A DNA stretch of 63,576 nucleotides, taken from Planctomycetota bacterium (lineage in GTDB: Bacteria > Planctomycetota > UBA8108 > JACQVS01). Positions 59,437-63,576 of the stretch are shown piece by piece (the stretch's first letter is position 1; the number at the start of each line of letters is the position of its first letter). The notes below the pieces were generated by a model that was given only the letters and a program-made list of their open reading frames with translations, did not search any database and was not told the DNA's origin. The translations under genes were made by a program, and so were the position numbers. The stretch spans positions 1 through 63,576 of the forward strand of contig JBFFXF010000002.1 in assembly GCA_041569895.1 (NCBI GenBank), in the 5' to 3' direction.

Positions 59437-61452
59437 TCACGCCGACATTTGCTCGGCGGACAGTTGTCTGGCGCCGTCGAGCGAGCGATCAGAGATGAGC
59501 TCGGCCGGGATTTCGAAGGTCTCCTCGTATCCGCGGCGGATGCACTCGAGGTTGTCCTGGACGACCTGCTCGCCGCGCTTTCCCCACCAGCTGCGGACGG
59601 TCTTCTCGACGCCGGCCATGAGATCCTCGAAGCTGACGCCGGATCGCTCGGCGAATGGATTGACTCTGAGAAACACGCCGACCAGCACCACGCCCATCAT
59701 GCGGATGCGGAGCTCGGCGTTGGTCGCGACCTCCTCCGCGATCTTGAAAGTGTCCACGGCCAGGACGCGGGCCTTCTTTTCGCGGATGCGCTCCTTGGCC
59801 CACTCGGGGACGTCCGACCAGACCTCGTCCGCCGTGGTCTTGGTCGTGTTGAGGAACACGGAGCCGTTCTTGGCGAGACCGCGCAGCGGATCGCCGAGGT
59901 TCAGCGCGTTGGTGTCGATCAGCGAGATGAACTCGACGTGCTCGAGCTCGCAGTGCGTGCGGATCTTGTCGTCGGCGAGCGTCAGGTAGTGCGTCGTCGG
60001 CAGTCCCTTCTTGCTCGAGCCGTACTTCGGATACGCCTGCACCTGGAGGGCGAAGATCTCGCCCATCAGGTCGGCGATCACCTTGTTCGTCGTCACGCTT
60101 CCGTAGCCGCCGACCGAGTGGCCGCGCATGGCGAAGGCGCCCTGCGGTCGGACGTCCGGGTCGTACGGCGGCTCGAGAGCGGTCTCGTGCTTGATGCCGA
60201 CCGTCGAGTACTCCTTGAACTTGTCGCCCGCCACCGCGCGCTGCATGTTCTGGTAGATGGCGATGAAGTGCCCGGCGCGAACATCCCGGCTGCCGAGCCC
60301 GGCCGCGCACTGCAGCATCATCGGCAACTTGCCGACCTTGACGCCGGCCTCGCGATACTCTTCCAGGCCGAGTTGCGCGTCGATGTAGGCCGTCTTGATG
60401 TCGCGAGCGAGTGGGTTCGCTGGCGCCAGCGGGTCATCCATGCGCTCGACGACCGTGAACGCCTTGACCCCGGCGAGCGCCTCGAGGATCTCGGGTCCGG
60501 GGAAGGGCCGATAGCTCGCCACGTTGAGCACGCCCGCCTTGATCCCGAGGTGGTCGCGGATGTGGTCGATCGCCGCCTGCGCCGTCTCCATCATGCTTCC
60601 CATGCCGACGATGGCGAACTCGGCGTCTTCCATGCGGTATCCGTCGACGAGGGAGTAGCTGCGGCCCGTCTGCCGGGTGAACTCCTCCATCGCCTCCATG
60701 AGGCACGGCTTCATGTGCACGTAATAGTGTCGCTGGGCGATCTTGCCCTTCATGTAGCTGTCCTGGTCCTGCACGACGCCCGTCATCATCGGGGTGTCGT
60801 TGTGGAACAGGTTGAGGATGCGCTCCTGGGGCGGCCCGACGAACTCCTTCATCATCTCTGGGTCGATGAGGAGAACGTTCTCGATGGTGTGCGTCGTCAG
60901 GAAGCCGTCCTGGACGTTCATGAAGGGCGACTGGCACGCCTCGGCCGCGCGTCGCGCGATGAGCGCGAGATCGCCCGCCTCCTGCGCGTTGCGCCCGAAG
61001 AGGATGCCCCAGCCGCAGTCGGCGACGCTCATCACGTCGTCATGGCCCGCGTGGACGTTCAGGCTGTGGCTGGTCAGCGCGCGCGCGCCGATGTGGAATA
61101 CGATCGGCAGCCGCTTCCCCGAGATGGTGTAGAGGACCTCCTTCATGAGGACGAGGCCCTGGCCGCTGGTGAAGTTGGTGACGCGGCCGCCGGCGAGCGC
61201 GAAGCCCTCGCAGGTCGACGCCGCCGAGTGCTCCGACTCCGGCTCGATGAAGACGAGCTCGTCGCCCCAGAGGTTCTTCTTTCCGTTCGCCACCGCCATC
61301 GAGTACCCGCCGCCCATCGTCGTCGAGCTCGTGATCGGATAGGCGCAGCTTCCCTGCGTGATGTGGGTCTCCACCCACACGACGGCGCCGGCGCCATCCG
61401 TGCGCGTGGGGATCCCGGCATACGGGACCGACGTCTTCGGACTCTGGATCAT
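59437..61452 (-). CDS. Pyruvate/2-oxoacid:ferredoxin oxidoreductase, domains I-III (split PFOR, N-terminal half)
   Basis: ATG 61452 inside track ORF 59437..61695, with GGAAAGGAAAGGGA upstream. EPESEHSAASTCEGFALAGGRVTNFTSGQGL. AGVLNVASYRPFP. GHSVGGYGSVTTNK. Confidence 0.9.
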   Translation of the reverse strand: MIQSPKTSVPYAGIPTRTDGAGAVVWVETHITQGSCAYPITSSTTMGGGYSMAVANGKKNLWGDELVFIEPESEHSAASTCEGFALAGGRVTNFTSGQGLVLMKEVLYTISGKRLPIVFHIGARALTSHSLNVHAGHDDVMSVADCGWGILFGRNAQEAGDLALIARRAAEACQSPFMNVQDGFLTTHTIENVLLIDPEMMKEFVGPPQERILNLFHNDTPMMTGVVQDQDSYMKGKIAQRHYYVHMKPCLMEAMEEFTRQTGRSYSLVDGYRMEDAEFAIVGMGSMMETAQAAIDHIRDHLGIKAGVLNVASYRPFPGPEILEALAGVKAFTVVERMDDPLAPANPLARDIKTAYIDAQLGLEEYREAGVKVGKLPMMLQCAAGLGSRDVRAGHFIAIYQNMQRAVAGDKFKEYSTVGIKHETALEPPYDPDVRPQGAFAMRGHSVGGYGSVTTNKVIADLMGEIFALQVQAYPKYGSSKKGLPTTHYLTLADDKIRTHCELEHVEFISLIDTNALNLGDPLRGLAKNGSVFLNTTKTTADEVWSDVPEWAKERIREKKARVLAVDTFKIAEEVATNAELRIRMMGVVLVGVFLRVNPFAERSGVSFEDLMAGVEKTVRSWWGKRGEQVVQDNLECIRRGYEETFEIPAELISDRSLDGARQLSAEQMSA

Positions 61453-61613
61453 ATTCCCTTTCCTTTCCGGGAGTGATCTCGGGATGGGCAGTCGCTGGGG
61501 GTGGCGGCGGGGAGCGAACGGCGCAGGGGCGCGGGTCGTCTCGCGGAGAGACCCGTTGAACGAGGTGGAGACATGAACATCGTCACGACACACCTCCTTG
61601 GCCGTTCCGGCGG

Positions 61614-61638
61614 GGAAAAATGCGCCCCGGGGGGGCGA
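61614..61638 (-). terminator. Intrinsic-terminator-like hairpin plus U-run inside the PFOR 5' leader (attenuator or end of a short RNA?)
   Basis: The minus-strand RNA reads CGCCCC-CCC-GGGGCG followed by CAUUUUUCC. It is preceded directly by a 7-bp hairpin GACCGGC-CAGGUAC-GCCGGUC. It lies about 35-60 nt downstream of the predicted promoter and about 165 nt upstream of ATG 61452. Confidence 0.35.
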
Positions 61639-61679
61639 CCGGCGTACCTGGCCGGTCAGAACCCGCCGACTAGCAGGGC

Positions 61680-61708
61680 ATTCTATGAGATGCAAGGGTC
61701 TGTATCAA
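61680..61708 (-). promoter_or_regulatory. Sigma70-like promoter candidate for the split PFOR operon
   Basis: On the minus strand: TTGATA (61708-61703), a 17-nt spacer, then TAGAAT (61685-61680). This implies a 5' leader of roughly 220 nt. Confidence 0.45.
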
Positions 61709-61753
61709 CGACCAAACCCCTGTCGGCACCGGCCCCTTGGGGCCTCCCGGCTG

Positions 61754-61782
61754 TCGACCTGCCGCTCCCAACGGCCTATAAT
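61754..61782 (+). promoter_or_regulatory. Sigma70-like promoter candidate for the FAH-family gene
   Basis: TCGACC (61754-61759), a 17-nt spacer, then TATAAT (61777-61782). GGAGGAG follows 6 nt before ATG 61820. Confidence 0.45.
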
Positions 61783-61819
61783 ACTCGCTCCGCATTCGAG
61801 CAGCCCGGAGGAGCCGACC

Positions 61820-62626
61820 ATGAGGATCATCCGTTTCCTGGACGACCGGGGACACCCCCGTTACGCGGCGCAGTCGAAGGGCGGCGCGGCCCGCCTGATC
61901 GAGGGGGATATCTTCGGCGAGTTCTCGGTCACCGACCAGACGGTCGACATCGACAGCCCCCTCGCCCCGGTCACACCGCCGGCGATCCTCTGCATCGGGC
62001 TCAACTACCGGCTCCACGCCGAGGAGTCGGGGAGCAAGGTGCCGGAGCACCCGGTCGTCTTCCAAAAGAACGTCAACGCCGTCCAGAACCCGGGCGACCC
62101 GATCGTCCTGCCCCGCCACCTGCGCAGCGACCAGGTCGACTACGAGTGCGAGCTCGCGATCGTCATCGGCAAGCGCTGCAAGAACGTCCGGCGTGACGAC
62201 GCATTCGACGTCATCCTCGGCTACACCTGCGCCAACGACGTCAGCGCCCGGGATTGGCAGATCGCGCGCGGCGGCGGTCAGTTCTGCAAGGGGAAGGGAT
62301 TCGACACCTTCGCGCCGCTCGGCCCCTTCGTCGTCACCGCCGACGAGATCACCGACCCGAACTCGCTGCGCATCCGCACCGTGCTCAACGGCGAGGTGAT
62401 GCAGGACTCGAACACCTCGGACATGATCTTCGACGTCCCGGCGCTGGTCGAGTTCCTCACCGGCAGCACGACGCTCGAGCCCGGCACGGTGATCCTCACC
62501 GGCACCCCGAGCGGCGTCGGTTTCGCCCGCAAGCCCCCGGTGCTCCTCAAGTCCGGCGACGAGGTGACGGTCGACATCGAGCGCATCGGCTCACTGACAA
62601 ATCCCGTGGTCGACGAGACCGCCTGA
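61820..62626 (+). CDS. Fumarylacetoacetate hydrolase (FAH) family protein
   Basis: ATG 61820 inside track ORF 61598..62626. MRIIRFLDDRG. ...ILCIGLNYRLHAEE. ...DYECELAIVIGKRC. ...FCKGKGFDTFAPLGP. ...LTGTPSGVG. Confidence 0.9.
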   Translation: MRIIRFLDDRGHPRYAAQSKGGAARLIEGDIFGEFSVTDQTVDIDSPLAPVTPPAILCIGLNYRLHAEESGSKVPEHPVVFQKNVNAVQNPGDPIVLPRHLRSDQVDYECELAIVIGKRCKNVRRDDAFDVILGYTCANDVSARDWQIARGGGQFCKGKGFDTFAPLGPFVVTADEITDPNSLRIRTVLNGEVMQDSNTSDMIFDVPALVEFLTGSTTLEPGTVILTGTPSGVGFARKPPVLLKSGDEVTVDIERIGSLTNPVVDETA

Positions 62627-62806
62627 TCCGTTTCCCGTCGAGAGCGCGGCCGACGGACGACGGGGACGGGAACGCAGATTACGCAGATTGAGAAACGATC
62701 TGCCTCGCGTCTTGCGACTCTGTTCTCGGATCTCCGGTCTCTGTCTCTGACCTCGGAGTCGGAATCGGTCATCGGAATCGGACCGAGAACGAGGACGAGG
62801 ACGAGA
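62627..62806 (+). repeat. Mosaic repeat, copy M (vestigial P, K tail, Q-x-D-E-G)
   Basis: GTTTCCCGTC right after the stop. K-tail-like GCGCGGCCGACGGACGACGGGGACGGGAAC 62644-62672. Q 62672-62689 (2 units). D 62723-62755. E 62756-62781. G 62790-62806. Convergent spacer. Confidence 0.85.
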
Positions 62807-62825
62807 GGGGGGTGGCGAGGCGACC

Positions 62826-63576
62826 TCACAAGTCGGCGATCGCACTGGCCACCCGCTCGATCACCCGCTCGAGGCTGCCTCGTTCGGTGACGGCGATGGT
62901 CTCCTGGTAGATGCCCCGCCCCCAGCTTCCCGTCGACGGCAGGTAGGACGGGCCCCAGCCGCCGGTCAGGCCGATGACGACGATCGGCGTGTCGAAGCGC
63001 GCCCGCAGCTCGCGCTGGAGGAGGCTGTACGGCTCGCCCGGCGCGGCGATCCAGACGGCATCGCCCGTCCTCCAGAGGGTGACCTCGTAGGGGTACGAGC
63101 GCCCCGGCGGCAGTCGTTCGAGGCGCGCTGCCAGCCGGCGCATGCGCTCCGCCATCGCCCGCGCCTCCGCGATGCGGGGCTCGTCGCCCTCGGCCGCGGC
63201 CGATCGCTCCGCCGCCTGCCATCGCTCGAGCGACGCGCGCGCCTCGTCGAGAGCCGGCAGGTCCGGGCGGTAGGAGAGCGGCACGGTGACACGGTCGAGG
63301 CGCCAGCGCGCCGCCGCCCGTCTCGACCCCTCGTCGAGCGGCTCGTGCTCCCAGATCCCGAGGGTCGCGCCGGAGAGCAGCGGGCCCCGGTAGCGACAGC
63401 GAGTGCCCGCCGGTGGCAGCGCCTCGATCGCCGCCAGCGCCGCGAAGCCGAGCTCGCGTCCGTTGCGATCGGCGACGGCCGGATCGGCGACGTAGCCATC
63501 GCGCGGACCGAGGTCCCCGGAGGCGCCCTGGAAAAAGACGCAGGGGCATCCGGTCTCGCGCTCGACGACCTCGCGC
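62826..63576 (-). CDS. Hypothetical protein, 3' part (5' end beyond the right window edge); loosely ceramidase-like
   Basis: The track shows only a GTG-started 152-aa piece (62826..63284). The same frame stays open to nt 63576: REVVERETGCPCVFFQGASGDLGPRDGYVADPAVADRNGRELG...WRLDRVTVPLSYRPDLP... Product assignment is weak. Confidence 0.6.
   Translation of the reverse strand, partial: REVVERETGCPCVFFQGASGDLGPRDGYVADPAVADRNGRELGFAALAAIEALPPAGTRCRYRGPLLSGATLGIWEHEPLDEGSRRAAARWRLDRVTVPLSYRPDLPALDEARASLERWQAAERSAAAEGDEPRIAEARAMAERMRRLAARLERLPPGRSYPYEVTLWRTGDAVWIAAPGEPYSLLQRELRARFDTPIVVIGLTGGWGPSYLPSTGSWGRGIYQETIAVTERGSLERVIERVASAIADL

Noticed and set aside
57928-61476. 1182-aa plus-strand ORF antisense to the two PFOR genes. 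Other long antisense ORFs were also seen, e.g. 35772..37610, 38946..41183, 43026..44855 and 46298..47905.
   Set aside because: These are mirror ORFs. The annotated strand carries unmistakable enzyme motifs (4Fe-4S clusters, TPP-binding, CxxCH and others).
1-63576. tRNA, rRNA, tmRNA, transposase, integrase, phage or defence-island genes (other than vapBC)
   Set aside because: I inspected the repeat-free spacers 13229-13443, 27483-27724, 29069-29270, 38360-38507, 47723-47905, 56530-56731 and 61453-61819 by eye and saw no cloverleaf-like or T-loop (GGTTCGAATCC-type) sequences. No ORF with recombinase or transposase motifs was seen. This was a manual scan only, so small RNAs could have been missed.

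Overview
Very GC-rich bacterial chromosomal segment. I call 33 protein-coding genes, two of them cut by the window edges. I saw no rRNA, tRNA, CRISPR array, transposase or integrase. The gene content suggests a Planctomycetota/PVC-type genome (inference): DUF1501, tandem DUF1080, two PVC-type CxxCH heme-binding dehydrogenase-like proteins, three PQQ-like beta-propellers, a CRTAC1/ASPIC FG-GAP protein and a signal-peptide Gfo/Idh/MocA protein. Housekeeping and metabolic genes include an aminotransferase, FGGY kinase, ALDH plus a TPP enzyme, a split pyruvate:ferredoxin oxidoreductase, an FAH-family hydrolase, an ornithine cyclodeaminase-like protein, a SMUG1-type uracil-DNA glycosylase and a vapBC pair. 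Two things stand out. (1) Thirteen intergenic regions, nearly all next to gene 3' ends, are filled by one modular mosaic repeat family. It is built from short tandem units: P=(CCCGTN)n, Q=(RCGCAGATT)n, D=7-mers GATCTCN, E=(CGGANT)n, G=(GAGGAC)n and K=(GGCAGGAA)n. These are joined by short conserved unique linkers in a conserved order. I do not recognise this family. (2) Five large secreted proteins share a C-terminal dockerin-like Ca-binding repeat pair with four conserved cysteines. Three are LamG/MAM-like multidomain paralogs, one of which carries an embedded purple-acid-phosphatase-like domain. The fourth is an FG-GAP protein fused to a PEP-utilising His domain and a PPDK-type ATP-grasp domain. 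The fifth is a CotH kinase-like protein. This may be a shared surface-anchoring system carrying phosphotransfer enzymes (hypothesis). Many long mirror ORFs on the opposite strand of real genes were rejected as GC artefacts.
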